Shown: positions 12,587 through 26,727, numbered from the stretch's first letter. The stretch is 64,000 bases of DNA from Eledone cirrhosa (GCA_964016885.1 OZ024742.1:262570001-262634000); one strand, 5' to 3'. Notes: generated by a model not told the origin, from the sequence alone. Program-made: numbers and translations.

Positions 12587-13895
12587 TGGTTGGGGTAGAG
12601 GGGTTGTCTGCTGATGTTAAGTGGTCTCCTGTGTTTGTTATATTCCTTGTTGTTGTAAAATGTGGTTCGGGTTCGTGGTTGTAGATTGAATGGGGTGTTC
12701 CTGTATTGCGAGTATGGATGTGTGTTTCTATGTGCCATGTTGGATTGTGGTGTTATAGGTGGCCTACGTTGTTGGTTGTATCGTGTGGTGTGGGTTTGTT
12801 GTGTATTGTGGAAGCGAGAGTTGAGAAAATGGAAATTACCTTGCTGTCCCCTTGAAGCGGGGAAGTTGTTACATCTATCATGGTGGTGGTATCTTTTCCC
12901 TATGTTTGACGATGAGGCATCCGCGTAGTAGTTGAGTGATTTGGTATGGTGTCTCCTTGAAGGGGGAAAGTTGTAAATGTCATTCTGTGGGAGATGATTT
13001 CTAGGGTTTTTGTTCCTTCTTATGGTAGCGAGGTTGGGAAGTTCATCTTCGGTGTGGTGCTTCCTTCTTCTTTTGTTAGTGGCTGGGGGGTTTGCGAAGT
13101 TGTTGTGCGGTTCGGTTATGGGTTTTCCTATTTTTATGAACGGGTTATTGGAGGTGTAATCCGTTTGAAAAGTCGATTCATAGTGTAGGAACCAAGCGGC
13201 ACTTTTTTCCCAGCGTTGAAGGGATTTCAGTTCTTCTCTGTTGCAGTCCCCTTTCCATAATTTAGAGATCTTCTCTACCTTGGGGCCTTCAGTTTTATTG
13301 TTGATTTCCAAGAGGATCTCTTCATCGATGGTTTTGATTTTTCCTCATTTGTCTGGGCCCTCAATTTAAGAATTTCAATTTCTTTCTTCATTTTTTCCAA
13401 TGCCATTCTTTCCCTAAGGTGTCTTTGAGGTTCGGGTTCATTTGGAATGGACTGTATTTGTATTTTACGGGGGAGAGTTAGAGGGGTTTTCATATATCTC
13501 CGGTTTGTTGTGATTTTGTATCATCTTCCAGAATGAGAACTTTCTGTCTCTGAGGGATTTGTTCCATTTTGGAATTGTTCGAATTTTCATTTTGTATGAA
13601 TCAATCTCACATGGTTCTTCGTTGGTTTTTCCTGGGTTGGTAGTAGTGAACATAGTTTGGATAGTATCGCAAAGGTTTTGAATTTATCGCCGATTTCGGA
13701 GGGTTTGTATCCGGTGACGGTTTCCTCATTTGTGGAGTCAAGTTTGTCGACCAGCACAGATAGGTTGGTGTTAATTTTCTTGAGTTCCTGTAGAATCTCT
13801 TCATTTGTGTTGATAAGAATTGTATCTGTTTTTGTTAGCATTTTCTGTATCTCGTGTGAGGATATGATATTTAAAAGAATAGAGGTGTAACACAC
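12547..13895 (-). pseudogene. Upstream ORF1 of the PLE (coiled-coil-like N-terminal part, low-complexity basic C-terminal part), broken into 4 pieces
   Basis: Overlapping same-strand ORFs 13587-13895, 13465-13653, 13275-13493 and 12547-13311; heptad-like EEILQELKKINTNLSVLVDKLD and ERMALEKMKKEIEILKLR. Confidence 0.65.
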
Positions 13896-14228
13896 GAGTT
13901 ATGATATATTGGTAAACGGAAAAGAAAATGCTGACAAATTGTTCCCAGTGAAAAATAGCTTAATTAGGAGTAAGTAAAAATTAGTAATAGTATTGGTTAC
14001 CGGTAAAACTTAAAACCAAAACTGAATACTAACCAATACTATTACTAATTTTTACTTACTCCTAATTAAATTATTTTTCACTGGGAACAATTTGTCAGCA
14101 TTTTCTTTTCCGTTTACCAATATATCATAACTCGTGTGTTACACCTCTATTCTTTTAAATATATATATATATATATATAAAATAAAGTTAAATAAAAGTC
14201 AAATGATTAAAATTTAGCTTCGTTTATT

Positions 14229-14283
14229 ACTGCTATATATATTTCAGTGACAGCCATCTTTGGCTGTGACCTCTTCAGGCAGT
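14229..14283 (-). ncRNA. Type I hammerhead ribozyme
   Basis: Minus strand actgc CTGAAGA ggtcacagcc-aaagat-ggctgtcact GAAA tatatata gcagt AATAAA: stem I actgc/gcagt, stem II, palindromic stem III, AUA cleavage triplet. Confidence 0.85.
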
Positions 14284-15095
14284 TTGAATTAGTATGGTAT
14301 AGACAAGTACATATGTTGTTTAGGTGTATAATATTGTCAATACTCTGATATGCCCAGTACCTTGTTGGGTTGTTATTTCAATGAGGAACTGGAGTCATAT
14401 GACTCCAGTTACTCATTTTAATCATTTGACTTTTATTTAACTTTATTTTACACTACTCCGGAGTAACCAAACCAACCTGCGCACTTCGTCGAGTGCTCCA
14501 GCCTGCATACTGAGGTGTTGGTACACAACCAACATAAACTCAAAATCTCTCTCTCTATATATATATATATATATAAGTAAATAATCGAGAATCAGAATTT
14601 CGGCCCACGAAATAACGATAAACAAACTTCGACATGTGTAGCAGAGGGCGCAATAGTTTGGATGAACCTGAGCTATAACTATCGTTAAAATACCAACACA
14701 TAAAGACGATGCTTAGAATCAATCGCACAGCCGAAAAATCGACCAGGAAAATTCGGGTCACTCAAATAAAAAATTAATAAATTAATAGATTAAATGAATG
14801 TAAAAAACTCACCCGGACCCGCTAGAAGGATGTTAAATTCTAGCTTTTTGGGTTTCTGCAGTTCCTTAATCAATTACTGTCAGCCCACATAAAAAAATAT
14901 CTGACTTCTAGTAAAGATGAACGTTGAACCTGCTTTCTCAACGGATGTTTCGTTCAAGAATACAGGGGACCTGTTACTGGGCGCACGTGTAGTCCAGCAA
15001 GGGAGGGAACCCCTATATATGGCGAAAGAATTCAGTAAGTGTAAATTTTGTAAGAATACAAAAAATCACATATCGAATAAGAGTTCTCAACAGAC

Positions 15096-15183
<88 letters not shown>

Positions 15184-15189
<6 letters not shown>

Positions 15190-16478
15190 GACGTAAAATA
15201 AGAAAATTATAATAATTAACTTACTTACTTAAGTTTCACTCCAACTAATTAGTTTCTGAAAGGGGATATACATAGTGTTCAAAACCATGGAGAATTCCTT
15301 TCTTCATCAGGGAGTCAATTCTCTGCTAAGATCCCAGGCGATAGGCGGACACAGGGATCTCAAACAAAAATAATTCAGTGAATGGAAAAGAAGCAAGCGC
15401 GGACTACATTTCAAGACACTCAAAATTTCACTACCTTCCCGGTCAGTAGCAAATTCAAAAGAATCAATCACGTGACATCGAGATTAATCAGTGAGGAGTG
15501 GGGTGTTAAAAAGACAGTAGCCAAAATATTACTCAACAAAATTCGCCTGTAAAAAGGGGCGTAATAAGTCAATGTGAAAGGAAAAATAATGTTATTTACA
15601 GGCATAGTGCTTGAAGATAAGCAGATCAAAATGTGTTAATATAGCAAGAGTGTTTAGTTGATCCAAGTTGGAGGTATATGGTGGACTGGGGTTTGATATG
15701 ATTTCCCTTTTTAGAGAGTTAATATGCAGGGCGAGGTAATTCATGCTGGATGATATTTAATTTATTTAAGAAAAAGGATTAGGTAGGGTGTAAGGGAGGT
15801 GACTCTTTAGAGAGACATAGGTATTTGTAAATGTTTGATTGTTCGTTCCAGTTTTAGTTTAGTCCGAAGTTTAGTGCATTAAGTACTTACACCCTACCTA
15901 ATCCTTTTTCTTAAATAAATTAAATATCATCCATCATGAATTACCTCCCTCTGCATATTAACTCTCTAAAAAGGGAAATCATATCAAACCCCAGTCCACC
16001 ATTTACCTCCATCATGCTATATTAACACATTTAGAACTATGCCTGTAAATAACATTATTTTTTCTTTCACATGACTTATTATGCTCCACATTACGCCCCT
16101 TTTTTTCTTTTTTCTTTTTTCTTTTTTCTTTTTTCTTTTTTCTTTTTTCTTTTTTCTTTTTTCTTTTTTTCTTTTCACTTCATAAACCTTGTTTGTAAAT
16201 AACATTATTATTTCTTCACCATTTCTTTAACATGTCCAACACCACCATTCTAAATGCATAAAATGCTGAAACCGGTAATAGACAATTATTAAATATATAA
16301 ATAAATAAATAAATGGCATTGTTAATTAATAAATAAATCAACTAATACCTTAACACTTCACACAAAGTAAAATATTTCGTTTTAATCATTTTCTAACCCA
16401 GAAAAAAGAGAGAAAGAAATAAAAAGGGAAAAAAATATTTTTCTGCCTAATAACCGTCTTTTTCTCCCTGTTTTCACA
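15184..16478 (-). mobile_element. (TA)n-flanked non-coding hammerhead-bearing cassette with an internal inverted repeat
   Basis: 15184-15540 homologous to 61060-61453; about 15550-15794 inverted at about 15885-16105; homologous to 56457-57431. Confidence 0.7.
15238..15315 (-). ncRNA. Type I hammerhead ribozyme with a long loop II
   Basis: Minus strand actcc CTGATGA agaaagg...cctttca GAAA ctaattag tt ggagt; stem I actcc/ggagt, GUU triplet. Confidence 0.8.
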
Positions 16479-16521
16479 CATATATATATATATCCTAACT
16501 CGTGTACTTCCTCTCCACATT

Positions 16522-17665
<1,144 letters not shown>

Positions 17666-18480
17666 AGTGTAGCTTGATCTGTCAAATGCCTACGGTTTGG
17701 TTCCACACAAGATGATACAACAAACTCTTGAGATGTACCATGTTCCAAAGAACATCTGAGAAATACTGAAGATGTATTTTCGTAGTTTCTCTATGCGATA
17801 CTCCACCAAAAATTACGCAACAGTCCGGATCTAGCTGGAGGTTGGCATAGCAATAGGCTGTTCAATCTCACCTATACTGTTTCTGTTCGCAATGGAGGCG
17901 AGAATGGGCTGGTCAGCTCTAACCATACTCAGAGGGAGATTTCGAATGCCTCCTCTAAAAGCCTTCATCAACGACACTATAGTGTCCAATATTTTATACG
18001 ACAGGAGGAATCAAGTCATGGCCAGGAACAGCTATGCCATACAGAGCACGGAGATCGATTCTTCTGAGTTGTGCGAACGACTGAGCGTGTACAGCAGACC
18101 TTCCAGGATCAACAAAACAACTAAAAACATCAGAAAGAGTGGTTTGAGGCCGGATATCGTACTCCATTCCAGTTCATCAAAACAGTTGATTTTTTTATTG
18201 AACTTACCATACCTTTTGAAAGTAGATTACAAGAAGCACACGTATTCAAGACCGTAAAATGCGCCAGTTTGGCCAACAGCCTGAGGGAAGCCGACATCCG
18301 AGTCAAAGTTCTCTCCATAAAGGTTGAAGTCAGAGGCTTTGTGGGCCAATCTGCCTACAATCTCACAAAAGTGCGTTCGTCTCTGAGAAGACGAGAACCA
18401 AAGCCCTAAAGCTAGTATCTGAAGCAGCGGGAAGGAGTTCCAGCTGGATCTGGTCGAGAAGGAACAAAAACCACCTCCAT
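17666..18480 (+). pseudogene. Internally deleted RLE-type non-LTR retrotransposon remnant (HERO-like)
   Basis: LDLSNAYGLVPH, GIAIGCSISPILF, PPLKAFIND (degenerate FMDD), then LRPDIVL...IELTIPFE restriction-like endonuclease motif. Confidence 0.8.
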
Positions 18481-18590
18481 TCCATATGAGAGGCATTGTG
18501 TTTGTATTTTACATCATATTGACAACAGAGCTCTATATGCAAATGAGGCCAATCAGCCCATATATATAGGTGTCAAAACTATGTTTTCGG

Positions 18591-18700
<110 letters not shown>

Positions 18701-18974
18701 GCATATACAGATATACGTACGAAAAAGTAAACACGGGAAGTGTAATGTAATTCACCTAAAATTATATATATATACACACATGTACTAAAAACCATAACTA
18801 CGCATATATACACAGATCTACACAGATGCATCAATAGACAGATTCACACTTAAATTTACACATATGTTTAATCTAAAGTATTATTAGATGAGTGTAATTA
18901 TTTCTACTGATCATTTTAATTGGTAATATCCTTATGCATATTAATTCCTTTTTTTATTTTTAGTTTTTTGTGTT

Positions 18975-20236
18975 CTCATTTGAAGGAATTCATAAGATCT
19001 GAATACATAAGGAGAGTAAGGAACATACTAAATTCACATCTAAATAGTAGGAATGTCATAAATGCAGTAAATTCCCGAGCTGTGTCTATAATTGGGTACA
19101 GTGCGAGAATTCTGAAATGGAATGTTGCTGAACAAAAAGAAATGGATAGGAAGACTAGGAAGCTAATGACTATCTACAACATGTTCCACAAGAGGAGTGA
19201 TGTTGATAGACTCTACTTAAAGAGATCTGATTGTGGAAGAGGTCTTATCGGCATAGAGAACTGTGTTCAAATGGAGAAAAACAGTCTGCACAAATATGTG
19301 GCTGGCAGTAGGGAGCCAATGCTCAGAATTGTACTGAAGGAGCGGATGTACAGGACCAGCGGATGTCCAAGGAGGAAATAACAACAAGGAGAAAGAGCAG
19401 CCTTCAGGAAAAATCCCTTCATAGTACCTTCTTTGAGAAAACTGAATTCAGAGATCCACAGACATGGAACTGGTTGAAAAGAGGAGACCTTAAAAAGGCT
19501 ACAGAAGGAATGTTAATGGCTGCGCAGGAGCAGGCCCTCAAAACGAAGTGGTTGAAACATCATATTGACAAGGAGGAGGCTAGCCCACTGTGCAGGATCT
19601 GTGGAGAGAGAGAGGAGACTGTGGCTCACATTGTATCCGAGTGTAAACACCTAGCCCATACTCACTATAAGGGCTGGAGACATAATGTGATGGGCAGGGT
19701 GATCCACTGGCACCTATGCAAAGTAAACAATTTACCACATTCTGAGAAGTGATATGAGCATAAGCCAGAGTCGGTGATAGAAAACGATCAGGTGAAGGTG
19801 CTGTGGGATTTTAGGATACAGACGGACAAGAAACTGGAACACAATAGACCTGACCTGGTGGTTTTGGACAAAGAAAAAAGATCGTGCCTGATTGTGGATG
19901 TAGCCTGTCCATTTGACACGAGAGTGCAAGAGAAGGAGAGGGAGAAAATTAGCCGATACCAGGATTTAAAGTGGGAGTTAAAAAGGATTTGAAACTGCCA
20001 TGAGATCAAGGTCATCCCGATTGTCATAGGCGCACTAGGTACTATCTCAAAGAGTTTTCAATGATGGTTAAAGAAGATTAGTCCAGCCCGTTTTTTGGAA
20101 CACTTCAAAAGGCATGCTTGCTGGGAACAGCAAGAACACCCCGATACGTCCTGAATATCTGAGGCTGCAGGTAGCGGCTTGATATTCATTTCAACAAACT
20201 TTCCAGTTAACTAACATCAATGACTGAGACTCAAAG
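18975..20236 (+). mobile_element. 5'-truncated R4/Dong-like retrotransposon ending in (TAA)n
   Basis: DVDRLYL..GRGL, AAQEQAL, CRIC..ETVAHIVSEC, RHN, LWDF..NRPDLV, EKISRYQDL. Confidence 0.92.
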
Positions 20237-20254
20237 AATAATAATAATAATTAC

Positions 20255-20580
20255 TCGACACGAGAGTGCAAGAGAAGGAGAGGGAGAAAATTAACCGATA
20301 CCAGGACTTAAAGTGGGAGGTAAAAAGGATTTGGAACTGCCATGAAGTCAAATTGGTCCCGATTGTCATAGGCGCACTAGGTACTATCTCAAAAACTTTC
20401 CAGGGATGGTTAAAGAAAATTGGCCCCTTCACGCTTTTTGGAACGCTTCAAAAGGCATGTTTGCTGGGAACAGCAAGAACCCTCCGATACGTCCTGAATA
20501 TCTGAGTCTACAGGTAGTGGCTTGATATCCATTTCAACAAACTTTCCAGTTAACTAACATCAATGAGTGAGACTCAAAGA
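20255..20580 (+). mobile_element. Second short 3' end of the same R4/Dong-like family, followed by (TAA)n 20581-20642
   Basis: Near-duplicate of 19915-20236 with scattered substitutions. Confidence 0.9.
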
Positions 20581-20582
20581 AC

Positions 20583-20642
<60 letters not shown>

Positions 20643-20643
<1 letters not shown>

Positions 20644-23600
20644 TTTTCTTTATTAACCACAAGGGTTTACATAAAGTAGACATTAAGGACAGTACAGGAC
20701 AATACAGGGGGTACAAATGGGCATTTCTGCGTGTAAAAAAACAAGAAACAGAGGATGTAATAATAGAACAATGAAAAAATTCCCCAATAGGGGGGAGACT
20801 TCCGAGGGACATTCGTGGAGAAAGCCCATTAAAAAGCCACAGTGACCCTGACCACCAGGGCAAGTGCTCTCTCCCAGTTTTCCACCTTTAATTTACAGAC
20901 ACATACTCAGAGTAGACCCATTCACACGGGCTATTCTTGCCTGTCTCACCCATCTTTCAACAAAATGATGGGAAGAGAGCACTTCCCTTTCTACCCTGAT
21001 ATTCCTTTTCAAATGAAATTTGAAAAAGTTAATCAGGGCATCAGCGAAGAGGTAAGTGCTCGTCTTCAGCCCTTTCAAACGTGTCCACCATACTATCTCT
21101 TTCGCCATGGCCACCAGACAGATAAAAACTTCCTGCCCTTCCCGGCTAAAGGAAGAGGGCGGGGCAATCCTCACGATGGACTCAGCTGATAGCGGGATCC
21201 GTCCCACACGCAACAGCAGGTGTTCGACATAAACCCACAAGTCAGCAATGCTCGGACACTGGACGAGTGCGTGCAGGACGGTTTCGTCGCCCTGCGCGCA
21301 TCTCGGACATGCCCGGCTGACGGCACCTCCATGCCTGTAGAGTTTATCCCGAACTGGCAAAGCTCCTCGGTAGCACTGCCAGGCCAGGGATTTCTGGAAG
21401 TTGTCCATAGGCCCCGGCCCGAAAGTTCTTCCGAAGAGATTGGCTAGTTGATTTTCGTCGACGCCTAGAGTTTCCCCAAGTACGTCGTCGCTCTTCCCTC
21501 CACTAATCCTCTATAGAACGCCAAGGTAGAGTTTCCACGGATCACGTTGCCCGATTGGTCGAGGGCTGTGAGCGCCTGAAGACATTCCAGTCTCCAAGCG
21601 CTCCCTCTCGGTCTTCGCTTGACCCAGGACTGCAGCTCCGTCAAGGAGACGAGCTGGGGAAAGACGCGTCTAGCAAACGGAGACCACACCTGATCACCGT
21701 CGAGGAAGAGGTGGAGATGTCGTAGCCTGAGCGCGTGTCTACGCATCATCAGCCACGGCATTCCCAGCCCTCCACGTAGCGGGTGTTGACAGCAGATGGA
21801 CCGCCTGACCATCGGAGCGCGTCCCTTCCAGAAAAAGCGAAAGAGCAAACGCTCCAGCGCAGTTAGGCGGGACTTAGGACAAGGTACGACGGTCAGGCGG
21901 CAGTAGATGACGGACGCGAGATACGCGTTAACCACCTCCGCTCGACCTTTCAGGGATAGCTTCCTCTGGGCCCATTTCTGGGTGAGAGAAGCCACCCTGC
22001 TCGTCACCTCGTCCCAGTTTTTGTCCGTCTGGAGGTCCGGACCGAACCAGACCCCGAGCAATTTAACTGGTCCGTCCGTCAACCAGGAAAAGTCAGTGGG
22101 CCTGCAGCTCGGCACCTGCCGAGCTGCAGGCCCACTGACTTTTCCTGGTTGATCATTGCTCCTGTCACCGCTTCGTATTCTTTTAGTGTAGTGCCGATAG
22201 CCTCGATGTGTTTGGCATTCGACACCACTACGGTGACATGGTCCGCATATGCTGACACGGATCTTCCGCATCCTAGTTCGCGCGGGACCCCCGTCAACGT
22301 CTCCAGTTTGTGCAGTAATGGCTCGAGAGTCAATACGTACAAGAGGCACGAGAGGGGACATCCTTGGTGGACCGAGCGCATGATGTTGAACGGTTCCGAA
22401 AGGTGACCGTTCACTCTCACCACAGAGCAGATGTAGCTGTGCATGGCAGCGATCCAGCCTCTGAAGACGGGCTCAAAGCCAGCCGCCCTCAGGACTGCCG
22501 CTAGGTAACGATGGTCGACCCTATCGAAAGCTTTCGACTGATCTAAATTGATCAAGGACCCACCCGTGCCAGGTTCCCTAGCTACCCTCTCTACGATGTA
22601 TCGCATGAGGTGGAGGTTGTCGTGGATGGATCTGTCGGAAATGGCGCATGTCTGCGCCTCTCCCACCAGACCACCAACGACAAGCGCCAACCTCTTTGCT
22701 AGCACCTTGGCCAAAATCTTGAACTCTGTGTTTAGCAGAGTTATGGTCCTAAAATTATCTATTTTATCCCTCTTGTTCGGATCCTTTCTCAGCAGCGCCA
22801 CAGCTCCTCGGCTCACAGAGCTGGGAATTCTCCCGTTCTGTTGCCAGTTGCAGTAGACGCCCGCCAAGAGGCCTCCGAACAAGTCTGGCATCTGTACGTA
22901 AAGTTCATAGGGCAGACCATCCAAACCAGGCGATTTACCCCTTGTGCAGCTAGTCATTGCCTCCCGTACTTCAGCGGCTGTTATCGGCTTTTCGCAACAC
23001 TCCGCCTCAGTGGCCGAGAGCCGCGGCAGTCCGTCGAGGTAGACACTAAAGTCCATCCCTCGATGCGGCCCGCCGCTGCCCCCGAACAACTGAGCGAAGT
23101 GTCGCTGAAAAGCTTCACACATTTGCCCGGGATCAAGTAGCATGCGCCCGTCGCGGTCTACCAAAGACCGGATCGTGGCTTTGTTGCCACGACGCGCCTC
23201 CGCCACTCGGGCCCATTGAACGGCTTTCGTTCCCTCGTGTCTGAGAGCACGCACCTTAGCTCTGACAACGCAGCCTTCGTGCATTGCATTGAAGAATTGG
23301 TCAAGTACGTCGGTCGCGATGCCTTTGCTAAGCGCCTCGTCTAATTTTCTAACTAATTCTCCCTCTGCTCTATTTTTCTCTATTGCTAAAGCCTTACTAA
23401 ACCTAATGGACTCTATTCTAATTGCTCTTTTCAGAGCAAACCACCACTTGTTGTTGACGATGGCCCCCGTCAACGCCCGCTTAACTAGTTCGCTAATCCG
23501 GTCTCTGTAGGCCTTGCACGCTGGTAAGGACGCGTTTAGCTTCCAGTAGCCGGGTCCTCGTCTATGAAGCCTATCTAAGTCAAGCACACAGATCACAAAT

Positions 23601-26600
23601 TTGTGTTCCGTGTAGCTGACTATCTTCAATTGTGGACAGCCTATGCTAGACCTATCTATTTCTCTACAAAATACTCTATCTAGATATGATCTGGATGACC
23701 CTATGCGATTTGTCCAAGTCCGCATTGGCACATTCTGGAAATCCAATCGGTACCTGTCAGACAGTTCAAAATGCCTGAGCAGGTTGGTGAGGCTCTTGCA
23801 CCCTCCTCCCCTATCCACTAATCCCACACAGTCCCAGCGTGCATCTAAGATCCCGTTCCAGTCGTCCACTAACGCTAAAGAGCGGGACGTTTCAAGAAAG
23901 GTCTCCAGACGCCGGAAGAAGTCAGGCCGCCCTGCTCCTGTTGGGGCATAGACGACCACTAGCCTGAAAGCTTGCCCGTCTCCGCTGGTCACGTCTAGCA
24001 CCACCAACTTACCTTCTGGGTCCAGGAAGATGGCCCGTATGGCGAGATCCAAACCTCTCCGAAAAAGCACAGCAACTCCTCCCCCCGATCCCGGACGGCT
24101 GGGAGATGCGTACACATCGTAGCCGCCGAAGATCGGTACGAAGGCCCGTGCTTCGGAGATTCTGGTCTCGCTGATGGCCACTACATCTATGTTTAGTGAC
24201 CTGAGATCGTTGAGCAGGTGGCCCCGCTTCTATGACGACCCCAAGCCACGCGCATTTATGCTGCCTATTCTGAGTTAGGTCATATTGAAATGGAGTGGAA
24301 AAGATGGGAAAGACCTCTTACCTTACTTCTCGTAGAGGAAGGATGATTTGTCCATCCTTTTCACTGCTTGTGGCCTCCTCCGGAAGGATGTCCTTATAAA
24401 TCCTCCTGGAGAGTGTTTGTCGGAAGTCTCCGATGTCTTTGGGAAATTTTTGTTTTAGTGTCGTGTACGTTTTCTGTGTGATGCGAATGATTTGTTTGTG
24501 TGGAGGTGGTGTGAACTTTTGGGTTGTTGTGTAGTCTTTTTCTGTGATGCTGGTGTTGTGTTGTATGTAGTGTAATAATTGGTTGTTGTTCAAATTTAAT
24601 TGTTTCTACTTTAGGCACAAGGCCAGCAATTACCCAGTGCATTACTGGTACTTTATTTTATCGACCCCGTAAGGATGAAAGGCAAAGTCAACCTCGGCGG
24701 GATTTGAACTCAGATCGTAAAGGGACGTAACTATGCTGGACAGCATGGCGTCCGACCCTCTACCGATACTGCCAATCCACCACCCTCTTGTTGTTCAAAT
24801 TTAATGCTGTGTAGTGTGTATCGTTTTGGTTGTTTTGTTTTGTTTGCGTTTGTTGTGGGTTTGTTTCTGTTACGCTTTTTGGTGACTTTTGTGGTGTTGG
24901 TGATGGTGGTGTTGGGGTTAATGATGGTGATGGTGTTGGTGTTTGTGGTGATGGGGTTGGTGATGCTGGTGTGGATGGTGGCATATCTGTCTTAACTTTC
25001 TTGTTCGATAATTTATTTGTTTCCCTCTGTATTTTGTTTTTTGAGGGGGAAGGAAGAGAATTTTTTCTTTTTTGGTTTCTTTTTTTTTTCTTTTTTCCTG
25101 ATACCGTTTCCCACTCCTCGTCGTCACAATCTGTCTCCAGTTGCGATAAGCCGGGGAGTGGAAAATCCTCCACAGGCGTTGTTTTTGGTTGTGGCGTGGT
25201 GGATGGTGTAGGCGCTGGTGCTATTTCTGGGGCGTTGGGTGGTGGTAGTGTTGGTTTTGCTACTGTTGCTGGGGTTGTTGCTGTTACAGTTGCTTCTGTT
25301 GTTGCTGCTATTTCTGCTGCTGGTGGTGTTGATGGTTGAGTCACTGGGGTGGGTAAGAGAGGTGGCCTCAACCTTTTAGCCTGAGGGCAGAAAGCCCTTG
25401 GGTGGATTCCTTCACCACAAACGACACACCTAGGTCTTCTGCCCTCGACGATTACGGTGAGGTGGCTGCCGTCAGTGAGGTCTATTACCTCTGGGATCTC
25501 CTCAATGCTTTTATGGTCCGCTTGAATCAGGAGCTCCATCCCAGATCCGGACCAGTTCTCCTGCTTTTCTTTTGCTATTTCTGTTATTTTGGTGTTGGCC
25601 TCGATGCCGGCGAGGACGGCCGCTATTAGCCAGGGAATTTCGATGGCCGGTGGAACGTGGGTCACCCTGATCTTCACAAGTCTCTGGCCACAATAGCTTG
25701 GGATGAGTGTGAAGTCGTCACTTCTTAATGGGGCCATGGAGTGTTCTCTGGCCTCTTGTGGTGTTTCAAAGAACACGTCCACGGTTCCATACTTCTGCCC
25801 ACGACTGATGTGGGTTTTTTTGCCCACACATGTCCCAAAGCGTTTTGGATTTGGGACTCAGATGCCCGTTCCACTCGGCGCGATTTTATGTTTATTACCC
25901 GATAAGACACGGTGCATAGGCGACGTTGCTCCATTTTATTAGGTGGGGGTGGGGGCGAGGCTGACCCTGTACCCATCTTTCTTTACCATTCCTTTGGCTT
26001 CGTCTAATTCATCCTGAGTTACCTGGATCGCTTCGCACGTTTTTGCTACTCTGGCAAAACTCAGGGTAGTTTTCTTAATTTCATTGTTGTTGTTGTTATT
26101 ATCGTTATTTTTGCTATTGTTAATTTTAGTTTCAGTTGTGGTGGTGGTGGCGTCAGTGGTGTTCGGTGTGGAAGAGTTCATTTTGGTTGAATTCATTTCG
26201 ATATCATGAGTTAATTTATTTTTTCTTTTGTTTCTGTTGTCGCTGTGGTGGTGGTGGGGGTGGGGGTTGTCGCGGTGTTGGTGGTGGTGGTGGTGGTGGA
26301 GGCTTTAACACCTGCAGTCATTGGTAATGGCGGGAAATGAACGTCTGCCTGAGACAAATTTAAAATATTGCTACTGCTTACAATTCCAGTGTTGGCAAAC
26401 GTAGCAATATTTACAATGGTGGTGTCGGTGTGAGGTGTTGGATTGTGAGGAAGGAGTGACTCTGAGTCATCCATTATTTTTCAAAGAAAAATTTTTGTTT
26501 GATAATTATAAAAAGTTTAAATTTGGGGCTCAAGGCCCCAATATTTTTGAGTGTCCTTTTCAGAAATCAATGTATGTGCACTTATATACAGTTAACAATA

Positions 26601-26689
26601 AAAAATTTCCATGAATGGCAATTTTAAATAACTGAAAATAACAAACCTTTGCGGAGCTCACGATGATACGATTTACTACGTAGGTCGCC

Positions 26690-26690
<1 letters not shown>
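20643..26690 (-). mobile_element. Full-length degenerate Tx1/L1-clade LINE (ORF1 about 26474-24318, ORF2 about 24283-20893)
   Basis: CVVCGEGIHPRAFC knuckle; APE motifs ISET, DWN, SYLDR; RT motifs DQSKAFD, QGCPLS, YADH; C-terminal CPRC..H..C; AATAAA then (ATT)n tail. Confidence 0.95.
24601..24787 (-). mobile_element. SINE inserted in Tx1 ORF1 with an 18-bp target-site duplication
   Basis: ttgttgttcaaatttaat at 24583-24600 and at 24788-24805. Confidence 0.92.

Positions 26691-26727
<37 letters not shown>

Larger units (their letters stand above)
9001..14162 (-). mobile_element. Near full-length Penelope-like element (Neptune-type) between (TA)n tracts, with a 5' fold-back
   Basis: RT plus GIY-YIG coding remnants; inverted repeat 13867-13999/14030-14162 at the 5' end; hammerhead half-motif at the 3' end. 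Confidence 0.85.

Noticed and set aside
14575-15097. Possible exon or ribozyme in a TA-flanked unique segment
   Set aside because: No convincing ORF, repeat partner or catalytic core recognised
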